From a virus (taxonomy: Duplodnaviria > Caudoviricetes), in the IMG/VR virus record IMGVR_UViG_3300009788_000219, positions 1 through 34,052 of that record: DNA of 34,052 nucleotides. The stretch is one strand, 5' to 3'. The number at the start of each line of letters is the position of its first letter. The stretch's first letter is position 1. A program made the translations under genes and the position numbers. Shown here in pieces: positions 17,299 through 26,579 of the stretch. The notes beneath the pieces are model-generated. The model ran no database searches, was not told the origin of the DNA, and saw only the letters and a list, made by a program, of their open reading frames with translations.

Positions 17299-17927
17299 GA
17301 ACAGATTTAGTAGAGGCTATGACAATATGGTTAAACTCTAAGTTAGAAGATGTTCACACAGCTATCCCAGGGAAGATAGAAAAATATGATGAAGTTACTC
17401 ATACTGCTGAAGTGTTACCTCTTTTGAGTAAAATAACAGTAAAAAATACGGAAGTAGCTTTACCAGTGATTCCTGGTGTTCCAGTTATTTTTCCTTCAGG
17501 ACAAGCTTTTGAATTATCTTGGGAAGTGCAAAAAGGAGATGGGGTTCTTTTAGTTTTTTCTGAAGTAGCACTTGGTGCTTGGGTTAATTCAGAAGGAGAT
17601 AAACAAGTTTCTCCGGAAGGAAAACATCGTTTTTCTGAAACAGATGCTATGGCTATTGTAGGGCTTTCTCCTAAAGTTATTGAATCAGCATTGAAAATGT
17701 ATATAGATAAAAATGGTAAAATGACTATAGGTTCTGGAGATTCACCATTTGTAAAAGGTGATGTTCTTGATACATTATTAACTACTTTATTAAGTGATAG
17801 TTGGATGACGTTACCAGCTGGTACTGCAGGTCAAAATGCTGCTATTTTAACAGCTTTACAGGCAGCAGCAACAACTGCAAAAACTTCTTTAACGACACTG
17901 CAAAGTGTAAAGGTGAGTGCAGAGTGA
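17295..17927 (+). CDS. Baseplate central spike, Gp138-like
   Basis: HTAIPG.I, VPVIFP, GDGVLLVFSE and R.S..DA motifs. Confidence 0.85.
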   Translation: MRTDLVEAMTIWLNSKLEDVHTAIPGKIEKYDEVTHTAEVLPLLSKITVKNTEVALPVIPGVPVIFPSGQAFELSWEVQKGDGVLLVFSEVALGAWVNSEGDKQVSPEGKHRFSETDAMAIVGLSPKVIESALKMYIDKNGKMTIGSGDSPFVKGDVLDTLLTTLLSDSWMTLPAGTAGQNAAILTALQAAATTAKTSLTTLQSVKVSAE

Positions 17928-18289
17928 AAAATTTATATATTGATCCTTTGACAAATGATATTGTGCTAGCTAAGAGAAATCTGGTTTTAATTTCAGAAAA
18001 TGGAGCACTTGCTCAATTATGTGAAAGTAGATTACTTATGCTTAAAGGTGATTATTTTTTAGATAAAACGCAAGGAATACCTTATATTTCTCAAGTGTTT
18101 GTTAAAACAAATGATAAATCACTGGTAGATTCTTTTTTTAAAAATACTCTTTTAGAAACAGAAGATGTAAATTCAATTGTTTCTTACTCTGGAGAGTACA
18201 TAGGAGCTACAAGAGCTTATAAGATTACGTTTGAAGCAGATACAACACTGGGTTTAATTTCTGGTGGTGTAGAAAAGGAGGTTTCTTGA
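17924..18289 (+). CDS. Baseplate wedge/sheath initiator (gp25/gpW-like)
   Basis: AQ....RL....G.YFLD..QGIPY motif. GTG start overlaps the previous stop. Confidence 0.75.
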   Translation: MKNLYIDPLTNDIVLAKRNLVLISENGALAQLCESRLLMLKGDYFLDKTQGIPYISQVFVKTNDKSLVDSFFKNTLLETEDVNSIVSYSGEYIGATRAYKITFEADTTLGLISGGVEKEVS

Positions 18290-19734
18290 TGGGTATATTT
18301 ACAGATTCTGGTTATCAAAAAGAATCATTAGCAGAATGGAAAATAAAAGTAGAAGATCTTTTTAAAGAAGAGTTTGGAGATGATGTAGATTTAGATCCCA
18401 GTGGTCCATTTGGACAGATAACAGCTATCACAGCTAAAATAATGGCAGATCAGGATGAAATTACAGAAGAAGTATATTTGGCAAGGGATCCTGATTCAGC
18501 TACAGGTGTTAGTTTGGATAGAATTAGTGCTGAAACCGGTACAAAAAGAAATGATGCAGGATTTACTTTTGTTCAGGATGTACTTTGTTATGGTGATGAA
18601 GGTACAATTTTAGCAGCTGATGAAAATAGAATCACATTAGCACCTGCCTTTTCTCCATCAGAAGATCTTTATTTTGCTTTAGTGGATGGGATTGTCATAA
18701 CAAAAGCTATTGCCAGGAAAGTAGTATTAACACCAGATGATCCTAGTGAGGATGATGATTATACTATTACAATCAATAGTATAGTTTATTCTGTCATTGC
18801 AGATGCTGATCCTACAGTAGATGAGATAATTACAGCTATGATAGCAGAGCTTCCAAATGTAGTAACAGGAACTTTAGTAGATGGTACTTTAGAGATATTT
18901 GCTAATATTGATTTTTCATTTGATTATAATTCTCTTTGGACTTTAAATGAACAGGCTTCTGCTGGAAATTTTCAATCTAATATAGCTGGAATAATCACAG
19001 CACCAGCAAATTCTTTAACAGAGATAGTTACTCCGATTTCCGGATGGTCTTCTGTCAATAATCCATCTGCAGGAGAAACTGGAGCAGAAAAAGAAGCAGA
19101 TCCTGTTCTAAGAATAAGACGCAGGGAAGAACTTATTTCTGGAAAGGGTACAGATAATGCTATAAGAATTGCTGTAGAAAAAGTAGATAATGTTAGTGCA
19201 GTTTCTGTTTTTAGTAATAGAACTTTGGTGGTGGATTCTTCTGGAATACCTGCAAAATCTTTTGAAGTAGTTGTTTTAGGAGGTAATGAAGATGAAATTG
19301 CTCAGGCTATTTATGATAATGCACCGGCTGGTGTTGAAATATATGGTTTGAATGCTTCTGGTACAGCTATAGACCCTATTGATAGTACTGTGACTATAAT
19401 TGATTTCAGTAGACCTACGCCTATTTATATATGGGTTAGAATCACCAGAATACCCAATACTGAAGAAGTCTATCCTTCTGATGGTGATGATCAGGTTAAA
19501 GCTGCAATTGTAGCTTGGGCAGAAGAAAATCTTAAACAGGGAACTGATGTTATCAGATTAAGACTTTCTATTCCTGTATATGAGGTTCCAGGATCAGGAG
19601 ATTTAACAATTGAAATCGATGATACTGCAACTCCTGGAGGAACGCCTGTATATGCTGAAGATGATATTATTGTTCTTAATAGAGAAAGTGCGGAAATAGT
19701 TTTAACCCGTATAACAATAATAGAAGGACCATAA
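18289..19734 (+). CDS. Baseplate J-like protein
   Basis: DPDSATGVSLD, N.....G.E.E.D..LR.RR and SFEVVV.GG...IA.AI....PAG motifs. Confidence 0.9.
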   Translation: MGIFTDSGYQKESLAEWKIKVEDLFKEEFGDDVDLDPSGPFGQITAITAKIMADQDEITEEVYLARDPDSATGVSLDRISAETGTKRNDAGFTFVQDVLCYGDEGTILAADENRITLAPAFSPSEDLYFALVDGIVITKAIARKVVLTPDDPSEDDDYTITINSIVYSVIADADPTVDEIITAMIAELPNVVTGTLVDGTLEIFANIDFSFDYNSLWTLNEQASAGNFQSNIAGIITAPANSLTEIVTPISGWSSVNNPSAGETGAEKEADPVLRIRRREELISGKGTDNAIRIAVEKVDNVSAVSVFSNRTLVVDSSGIPAKSFEVVVLGGNEDEIAQAIYDNAPAGVEIYGLNASGTAIDPIDSTVTIIDFSRPTPIYIWVRITRIPNTEEVYPSDGDDQVKAAIVAWAEENLKQGTDVIRLRLSIPVYEVPGSGDLTIEIDDTATPGGTPVYAEDDIIVLNRESAEIVLTRITIIEGP

Positions 19735-21423
19735 ATGGCAGAGCTTTCAGCTATTGATTATCCCACAATTGCTCTTTCTCTTTTAATTGAGAGATTCAAA
19801 GATAGTGAAGATATTCAAAAACTTTTAGTGATAACAGCAGAAGTTGCTATGGATCTTCAGACAGCTGTTTTTGAGATAGATGAGTTATTTGTATTAGAAA
19901 CAGCTGAAGGTCCGGAACTAACGATAATAGGTAATGTCTGGGATGTTTCCCGAAAATTAGATGTAATAGAAACGGATAATGAATATCGGGATAAAATTTC
20001 TGTTAAAGCTGTTTTATCAATTTCAGGCACTATTTCTGAAATAAAAAAAGTACTCTATACTTTTTTTGGAGCTACTTATGTAGATTATGTCACTCAATAT
20101 CCTGCTGGTTATGCCGTTTATAGTGATGCTGTTATTACTCAGATTATGTTAAATACTTTTACTGCTTCAGGAGTACAAGCTCTTTTGGAAACTGGGTTTG
20201 TAATGGGAGGATCTGTAGTAGGAATATCTGCTGTAAGTGGTGCTGCTAATGTTTCTTTTAAAGCAAGAGGTTTGTCTGCTTCTGTTTCTACTGTACCGTT
20301 TGTTCAGGGTACAATGACAGTATTAAGATCTATAGAAGGATCTGCTGATAGTGTAAGTGTTGTTGAGGCATCAGCAACTATACCACATGAAGTAATAGGA
20401 TCATGTGATTCTGTATCTAGTGTTAGTGGTGCTGCTGATGTATCAGGGTCCTTTGAAGAGAATCTAATTGCATTTGCTACTGTTTCAACTGATGTAAGTG
20501 GTTGGAATAAAGTTGATGGTTCTGATGTTGCTCTTGATTTGATTGGTAAATATCCGAAAGTACATAGTTCAGAAGGATCTACTGGTGGATCTGAAACACA
20601 TGACCATGGTACATTTAGCGGCAGTTCTGGTGGGCTTTCAAATAATAAGCAATCTGGCAGTGGCGAAAACAGGGTAATTGGTGCTAGATCTCATACTCAC
20701 ACTATAAATCATACACATCCTTCAGTAAATAATGAGCCAGAATATTTAAAAGTATTACCTGTTACTGATGGGGACGCAATAAAAACTTCAATGTTCTTAT
20801 TTTATGATGGAGGGTCAGCTCCATCAGGTTGGAGTGCATTAAGTGCTGCAATTGATAAAATGTATAAATGTGATTTAGCACCTGAGGCAACACCTACAGG
20901 TGGAAATGCAGATCATTCGCACGTACATTCAGGTAGTACTAATGCTGTTACCCCATCTATTACTACTGACAACAGTGCTGACTCTTCTGGTGGCAATAAA
21001 GGAGTGAGTCCAGGGAACCACTCACATTCAAATACTCATACACATGTTGGTGGTGAAAATTATCCATTATGGCATGGGCTTATTCCTGTTAAACCAGATT
21101 CAGAAACTGGTGAGTTACCATCTGGAATATGTGCATTTTTTAAAGGATCTGTAATACCTGATGGTTGGAGTGCATTTTCAGCAGCAGATGGTAAATGGAT
21201 ACAGGGTAAGTCAATTGCTGGTGCTACTGGTGGAGCAAATACTCATAATCATGTAAGTACTAATGTTACTGGTTATAGAAATGGAGAAATAGCTTGTAAT
21301 AGTGGTGGTTCAGCTTATGCTGCTGCTGTTTCTTCTGGACATAGACACACAATGTATCATACAGAAAGTACAGTAGATAACATACCACCATATCAGGAAC
21401 TTATGTTCTTGAAAAAAGATTAA
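19735..21423 (+). CDS. Baseplate wedge (DUF2612-like) fused to a His-rich, collar-repeat tail fibre
   Basis: N-terminal A.G.EL.IIG...D.EYR. A Ser/Val/Ala-rich middle. Three P.GW…GG..H.H modules, ending NIPPY..LMFLKK. Confidence 0.75.
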   Translation: MAELSAIDYPTIALSLLIERFKDSEDIQKLLVITAEVAMDLQTAVFEIDELFVLETAEGPELTIIGNVWDVSRKLDVIETDNEYRDKISVKAVLSISGTISEIKKVLYTFFGATYVDYVTQYPAGYAVYSDAVITQIMLNTFTASGVQALLETGFVMGGSVVGISAVSGAANVSFKARGLSASVSTVPFVQGTMTVLRSIEGSADSVSVVEASATIPHEVIGSCDSVSSVSGAADVSGSFEENLIAFATVSTDVSGWNKVDGSDVALDLIGKYPKVHSSEGSTGGSETHDHGTFSGSSGGLSNNKQSGSGENRVIGARSHTHTINHTHPSVNNEPEYLKVLPVTDGDAIKTSMFLFYDGGSAPSGWSALSAAIDKMYKCDLAPEATPTGGNADHSHVHSGSTNAVTPSITTDNSADSSGGNKGVSPGNHSHSNTHTHVGGENYPLWHGLIPVKPDSETGELPSGICAFFKGSVIPDGWSAFSAADGKWIQGKSIAGATGGANTHNHVSTNVTGYRNGEIACNSGGSAYAAAVSSGHRHTMYHTESTVDNIPPYQELMFLKKD

Positions 21424-21435
21424 GGGAGAAAGAAT

Positions 21436-21753
21436 ATGATAGATTTAGTAAATGACTTAACACTCACATTTGTTTGGTTAATACATAATTTTGAATTATA
21501 TTTTGTTGATTTAAAGTTTAAAGTGTTACCGACTACTGGCACAATAGTAGCAACGGGACTTGATGATTGGATTGAATTTAGTGTAGGTTTTAAAAAAGGG
21601 ACTCCAGGATATGTAGCAACAATTGGAAAAAGTAAAGATGATGTTTGGGCATTGATTCTTGGAGAATGGGACAAGTACCAAGTTGATCCGGCAACATCAG
21701 TTTTGGAATTAACACAGTTATTTGAATATGTAACTGAAAAAGGAGTTAAGTAA
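21436..21753 (+). CDS. Hypothetical fibre-associated protein
   Basis: GGGAG RBS. Lies between fibre genes. Confidence 0.65.
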   Translation: MIDLVNDLTLTFVWLIHNFELYFVDLKFKVLPTTGTIVATGLDDWIEFSVGFKKGTPGYVATIGKSKDDVWALILGEWDKYQVDPATSVLELTQLFEYVTEKGVK

Positions 21754-22145
21754 TGGCAGGTTCATTTAGTGATTACACAGAAGATAAGGTATTAGATCAC
21801 ATATTAAAGATAGCTGCTTTTGTAGTACCAACAAATATATATTGTGCATTATTCACAGTAGCACCTACTGATGCAGGTGGTGGAACAGAAGTGACTGGTG
21901 GAAGTTATGCTCGTATGATTGCAGAAGATTGGGATGTTTCTTCCGGTGGAGTAACAGCTAATTCAGCAAAGATTACATTTGTACAGTCAACAGCAGATTG
22001 GGGAACGGTTGTAGCATTTGCATTATTTGATGCAATCTCTGGTGGTAATATGCTGATGTGGGGTGATCTTGATACAAGTAAACCAATGACTGATGGTGAT
22101 ATAATTGAGTTTGCAATAGGTAATTTAGATATTTCATTGACATAG
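21753..22145 (+). CDS. Small conserved phage tail-associated protein
   Basis: SDY.E..VLDH, Y.ALFT..P.DAG.GTEV.GGSYAR and WGTV...ALFDA..GGN motifs, common in tail-fibre loci. Confidence 0.75.
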   Translation: MAGSFSDYTEDKVLDHILKIAAFVVPTNIYCALFTVAPTDAGGGTEVTGGSYARMIAEDWDVSSGGVTANSAKITFVQSTADWGTVVAFALFDAISGGNMLMWGDLDTSKPMTDGDIIEFAIGNLDISLT

Positions 22146-22154
22146 AGGTATAAA

Positions 22155-22694
22155 ATGGCAGAAATAATTCCTATTGATTATCCTACAATAGCTGTATCAC
22201 TTCTTGTAGAACGTTTTAAAGATAGTGAAGATCTTCAAAAGCTCCTTACAGCTATGACAGCTGCTGCTCTGCCTCTTCAGACTGCTGTACTGGAAATAAG
22301 GGACCGTTTTGTACTTCCGACAGCTACAGGGGCTGAATTGACGATAATTGGAGTTGTTTGGGATGAGGCCAGAGAGAATGATAATGATACAGATTATAGA
22401 CATCGTATTAATGTGAAAATATCGTTATCTATCTCTGGAACTCTTCCAGAAATAAAAAGAATATTGTTTGTATTGTATGAAGCAACTTATACTACGTTTG
22501 TTCCTGGTTATCCTGCCGGGTTTACAATAACTACAGATGCTGTTATTTCTCAAACAGAATTAGAAGCACTCACACCTTCAGGCGTTTTTGTGTTATTATG
22601 GCCTGATGTGCATGAAGGAAATTATCTTGTAGATCATAATGATGATTTCATTGTAGGGGAGAATAACTATCCCCTTATTGATCATGATGTTTAA
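22155..22694 (+). CDS. Second DUF2612-like baseplate wedge, paralogous to the N-terminus of 19735
   Basis: 25 of the first 31 aa are identical to the 19735 product, and similarity continues for about 150 aa. Confidence 0.8.
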   Translation: MAEIIPIDYPTIAVSLLVERFKDSEDLQKLLTAMTAAALPLQTAVLEIRDRFVLPTATGAELTIIGVVWDEARENDNDTDYRHRINVKISLSISGTLPEIKRILFVLYEATYTTFVPGYPAGFTITTDAVISQTELEALTPSGVFVLLWPDVHEGNYLVDHNDDFIVGENNYPLIDHDV

Positions 22695-22707
22695 ATAGGA
22701 GTTTAGT

Positions 22708-24225
22708 ATGGCTGGTGGATTTAAAAGAATTGAAGATTATGATGTAGTAGATCCTGTAGTACTTCCGGATGATGCAGTAATTTACACAGTATTACCAAAT
22801 GAAAGCACTCCAGCTCTGATTGATAGACATTGGAATTGGCTTGCTTTTAAAAATTGGCTTGTAGGGATCATTGCATTGTTTGCTACCGGGCCTAGAGAAA
22901 TTATTACAGCAGATACAACTTTGGTTTTCGGAAAAAAATATTTAATATCTGGTGATTATGAATTAACTTTACCTGCAAATCCAGTTGAAGGTGATGCAAT
23001 TGATATTTTATCAGAGGGATATGCTACAGTAATACAAACAGATGCAGAGCATATTATAGAATATAAAACAAAATATTTTACTATAAAAGGAAGTGCTGGA
23101 TATTTAAGTTTATATCCTAGAGACAGATTGGTATTAGTTTATAAAGGAGTACAGAATTATCAAGCAGGAAGTATACTTAAATTATCTGATCCGGGGACTA
23201 AACCTGGAGCCACTTGTAATGGAGTGACATTTTCATATGATGGTATTTATTTGGGTGCTGCAGCAAGTAGTACACCTTATGTTCATATATATAAACGGGC
23301 TGGTGATACTTTTACAAAACTTTCAGATCCTACAGGAGATTTACCCACTAATGCTGCAAAAGGAGCCTCCTTTACAAGGGATGCTGCTCACTTAGCTATA
23401 AGCAGTGTTCAATCACCTTTTATACAGATTTATAAGAGGTCTGGTGATGCTTTTGCAAAAGTAGCAGATCCTACAGGAGGTTTGCCTCCTGATCAAGCAC
23501 ACGATTGTGCATTTTCACATGACGGTAATTATTTAGCAGTAGCTCATCAAGGTACACCATATCTTACGGTATATTCTCGTTCTGGGGATGTTTTTACAAA
23601 ACTTTCAAATCCTTCAAGTCTTCCTGCCAGTAATGGTATAAGTGTTGGTTTTTCATCAGATAATAATTTTATATTAATAGGAACACAGTCTTCACCATAT
23701 GCTTATATGTATAAATTAGAAGGAGGAGCTCTTAAACAGATGGCATTTCCAACACAAGCATCAACAATTCGAGGGGTAGCTTTTTCTCATAATGGTGATT
23801 ATGTTGCCTGTGGTGTATCAGTTTTACCAAATATCAATATTTTGAAACGTAATGGTAATACGTGGGTAGCATTAACTCCTCCAGTATCTCTACCTGCAGG
23901 TGCAGGGTTCCGTACAAGTTTTTCTCGTAATGATTTATTTTTAACTGTGTCACATGGTGCATCTCCATACGTCACAGTATATCAGCGATTTGGAGATACT
24001 TTTGTTAAATTAACTGATCCTGTTACACCTCCTACAGGCAATGCAGAAGGAGCTATTTTTAGTGAAGATGGATTTTATATGGTAGTTGGACATAGTACAG
24101 ATCCATGGTTGACTTTTTATATAAACAAAACTTCAGCTAATAAGGTATGGATAATAGAAGAATTTGATATAATAGATGGTGGTTCTGCTGAAGATGGGGG
24201 AGGTATGGTAAATCGTTTTAAGTAA
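22708..24225 (+). CDS. Beta-propeller (WD40-like) putative receptor-binding protein
   Basis: LTLPA.P..GD.I N-terminal motif, then about 7 repeats of AFS.DG.YLAV.....PY..IYKR.GD.F.KL.DP. Confidence 0.8.
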   Translation: MAGGFKRIEDYDVVDPVVLPDDAVIYTVLPNESTPALIDRHWNWLAFKNWLVGIIALFATGPREIITADTTLVFGKKYLISGDYELTLPANPVEGDAIDILSEGYATVIQTDAEHIIEYKTKYFTIKGSAGYLSLYPRDRLVLVYKGVQNYQAGSILKLSDPGTKPGATCNGVTFSYDGIYLGAAASSTPYVHIYKRAGDTFTKLSDPTGDLPTNAAKGASFTRDAAHLAISSVQSPFIQIYKRSGDAFAKVADPTGGLPPDQAHDCAFSHDGNYLAVAHQGTPYLTVYSRSGDVFTKLSNPSSLPASNGISVGFSSDNNFILIGTQSSPYAYMYKLEGGALKQMAFPTQASTIRGVAFSHNGDYVACGVSVLPNINILKRNGNTWVALTPPVSLPAGAGFRTSFSRNDLFLTVSHGASPYVTVYQRFGDTFVKLTDPVTPPTGNAEGAIFSEDGFYMVVGHSTDPWLTFYINKTSANKVWIIEEFDIIDGGSAEDGGGMVNRFK

Positions 24226-24246
24226 AAATGAAAATATGAAGTATAG

Positions 24247-24630
24247 TTAATATTTATTACTTATTCTTATATAGAATTCTTTATATCCTTTATTACTATC
24301 CTTTGGTTGGTATATAATTTCATAAGGTTGTATAGGATATAAACATAACTGTCTGTATCCTATTTTTAAAATTCCAAATTTTAATCCTGCATTAATTAAA
24401 TAATCTGGTTCGAAATGAAGAAGATAAGTATTAACATTTGTAAGTTGAATATTTGTCTTTGTTGTTCCACCAATAAAAAATATATTCCCTATTATTATTT
24501 CAGCTTCTAATAATGTATATTCAATATTTTCATTTACATTTACTTCAATATGTGGATAAATAGCATTTAAACTTTCATAATTAGGTATAAAACTTAACTC
24601 TAATGCAAATAATAATATTAACCAATTCAT
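24247..24630 (-). CDS. Hypothetical exported/membrane beta-rich protein
   Basis: Hydrophobic N-terminus, aromatic-rich strands, AGGAG RBS, and very AT-rich sequence. Confidence 0.6.
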   Translation of the reverse strand: MNWLILLFALELSFIPNYESLNAIYPHIEVNVNENIEYTLLEAEIIIGNIFFIGGTTKTNIQLTNVNTYLLHFEPDYLINAGLKFGILKIGYRQLCLYPIQPYEIIYQPKDSNKGYKEFYIRISNKY

Positions 24631-24632
24631 AC

Positions 24633-25256
24633 TTAACTCCTTACTAAATTAACTCTGGAAACTTTATATCCCAGTTTTTTATTGAATTTCTGAACTATTT
24701 TGTATACCCGATCAGCACTGTCAATCTGATCCTCTTTATGAGTACTTAATAATACCTGTACTTCCAATTGATCACTGATGTCTTTTAGTAATTGAGTCAT
24801 GATAGGAGACCGGACCACATCAAGATTTTTTGCCGGCTCATCCAAACATAATAAATTAGCTGTTTTTCCCATGCTCCATACAGCTAATCTCAATCCTAAA
24901 GCCACTACGTCAGCGAGTCCACCACCTGCAGAATCCAGGGGAGCTTGTTTGCTTCCACCTTTCTCCACAGTGATAGCAGCATGGCTATTGTTGTTCTTTG
25001 TGGTAAAGTCGATATCAAATACATTTCCCGGAAACAAAGCCTGTAGAGGAGTATTAACCAGATCTGAAAGATGATAAGCAATACTTCTTTCAATTTGATG
25101 AGCAGCTGTTTGGATAATTAACTGAGCTTTTTCCACAGCTTCTAATTTTTTACTCAGTTTTACTTTTTTTAGTTCAGCCTGTTCCAGAGATATTTCTGTT
25201 TCTTCCAGGAGATATTTTTTCTTATCCAGTATGTTTCTTAATGCTGTATTATTCAT
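24633..25256 (-). CDS. sbcC: SbcC/Rad50-like ATPase, C-terminal half
   Basis: Signature-like SAGGG, Walker B/D-loop LCLDEPAKNLD and H-loop STH. Confidence 0.85.
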   Translation of the reverse strand: MNNTALRNILDKKKYLLEETEISLEQAELKKVKLSKKLEAVEKAQLIIQTAAHQIERSIAYHLSDLVNTPLQALFPGNVFDIDFTTKNNNSHAAITVEKGGSKQAPLDSAGGGLADVVALGLRLAVWSMGKTANLLCLDEPAKNLDVVRSPIMTQLLKDISDQLEVQVLLSTHKEDQIDSADRVYKIVQKFNKKLGYKVSRVNLVRS

Positions 25257-25425
25257 TTCGCAATTCCTTTAGTTTATCACGTAAAAGTTTACCACCTTTA
25301 GCACCAGATATTCCTCTTTGTGATAATTTAATAAGTACATTTTTTACACTTTCTATTGGCATATTCAATTTATTAGCTATGTCTTTTATAGCTTCTAAAG
25401 CCACATCTAACTCAGTAATCTTCAT
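25249..25425 (-). CDS. 58-aa protein resembling one tape-measure core repeat
   Basis: Ungapped alignment to the TMP segment encoded at 14407-14577 (14/57 identical). Overlaps both neighbouring genes in operon fashion. Confidence 0.6.
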   Translation of the reverse strand: MKITELDVALEAIKDIANKLNMPIESVKNVLIKLSQRGISGAKGGKLLRDKLKELRNE

Positions 25426-25711
25426 CTTCTTCGTCTTCGTCATCATCTATTATAGCATTAAGAATTTCTTCCGGAAGAAGTTCTTGAATTTTAGCTGTGA
25501 GTGTTTCTCGTTTCACCTGGAGCATTGAAATACGTTCTGCAGTTTCTTTCTGTAATGCTTCCATCTCTTCTTTAGTATCACATTTGTATTCAGATTTCCA
25601 TTGGGCTTTAATTTGCTTAATAGCTCCTTCAGTTTCTGCACATTCTGTGGTTAATTCAGCTATTTTAGCCTGTAAAGCTTCTACTTGTTCAATAGTCATT
25701 TCTTTAGACAT
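25412..25711 (-). CDS. Small coiled-coil protein of the split SbcCD locus
   Basis: Two heptad helices and an acidic tail. Lies between sbcD and the C-terminal half of sbcC. Confidence 0.75.
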   Translation of the reverse strand: MSKEMTIEQVEALQAKIAELTTECAETEGAIKQIKAQWKSEYKCDTKEEMEALQKETAERISMLQVKRETLTAKIQELLPEEILNAIIDDDEDEEDEDY

Positions 25712-26579
25712 TAGTTCTTATCTCCTCTAATATATTTTTTACAAGTTTTGAACTGTTCACTGACAGTTTTTTCACGACTTCCCAGAGATCAAAAGACAGA
25801 CCTTTGGAACTTGCTAATTGTTCTGCATATGCTGTAAGGGAATCCTCACGAGCATGTTGCTCTACCAGATATGAATCATCTATCAAGGTCACATCATCAC
25901 TTTCTAATGGGAAAAACCCATAACTGCTATCTTCAGTATCAAAAGCATAGAAACCTACTTCATAATTTTTCTCATCAGCACTTTGCCGGTTTAGACATCC
26001 AGGATTGAAAAGAATAGTATCTTCGTATATTTCTACATAATGTTTATGATAATCTCCAGTGAGTATAAATTCAGCAGTAGGAAATGATTCCATGATATCG
26101 GCAGCTATTTCCGCATTTGCTAATCGGGCCAGACTTTCATTTGCATCAGGCATGATTAATCGATGAATAATCACAATTCCAAATTCTTCAAGAAAATCAG
26201 TATTTTCAAACTTCTTATTCACACCATGGGGCACCACGCCCTTCATTCTCATTAAGTTCCCTATACTGCTGTTATGAAGATTAGCGTACTGGTGATGCTG
26301 TAAATCATGGTTTCCTGGGATAATATGAACCTCCACTGACCAAGGTCCCTCTGCTTTTACAGTGTCCATAGCTTCCGGAATAATATTTACTACCCAGGGA
26401 GGTTGATTAGAGGAATCAAGTATATCACCAACTAAAAGCAATTTATCAACATTTAGATCTCGACATTTCCTGAAGAGTTCTACCACATTATTTTTTTGAG
26501 AGAGGATCCAATCTTCATCTGTTCTTACTCTAGGCCGGTCTCTCCGGAGATGGAAATCGGCACTAACGGCTATTTTCAT
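25704..26579 (-). CDS. sbcD: SbcD/Mre11-like metallophosphoesterase nuclease
   Basis: ADFH, GDILD, PGNHD, GDYH and NPG.L.R motifs. AAGGGG RBS before the ATG at 26579. Confidence 0.9.
   Translation of the reverse strand: MKIAVSADFHLRRDRPRVRTDEDWILSQKNNVVELFRKCRDLNVDKLLLVGDILDSSNQPPWVVNIIPEAMDTVKAEGPWSVEVHIIPGNHDLQHHQYANLHNSSIGNLMRMKGVVPHGVNKKFENTDFLEEFGIVIIHRLIMPDANESLARLANAEIAADIMESFPTAEFILTGDYHKHYVEIYEDTILFNPGCLNRQSADEKNYEVGFYAFDTEDSSYGFFPLESDDVTLIDDSYLVEQHAREDSLTAYAEQLASSKGLSFDLWEVVKKLSVNSSKLVKNILEEIRTNV

Noticed and set aside
21420-21674. Minus-strand 84-aa ORF and similar short antisense ORFs across the structural operon
   Set aside because: They fully overlap better-supported genes and show no motifs.
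19735-22694. Duplicated wedge sequence as a DGR template/variable pair or an invertible cassette
   Set aside because: The copies are in direct orientation, the differences are not adenine-specific, and no RT or invertase is in the window.
10267-22694. Tailocin/eCIS interpretation
   Set aside because: Capsid, protease and replication genes are present, and no effectors were recognised.
23180-24120. Repeated DNA words such as ACAAAACTTTCA and GATCCTACAGGAG, considered as CRISPR or DGR repeats
   Set aside because: They are in-frame beta-propeller blade repeats. There is no constant repeat-spacer array and no reverse transcriptase.
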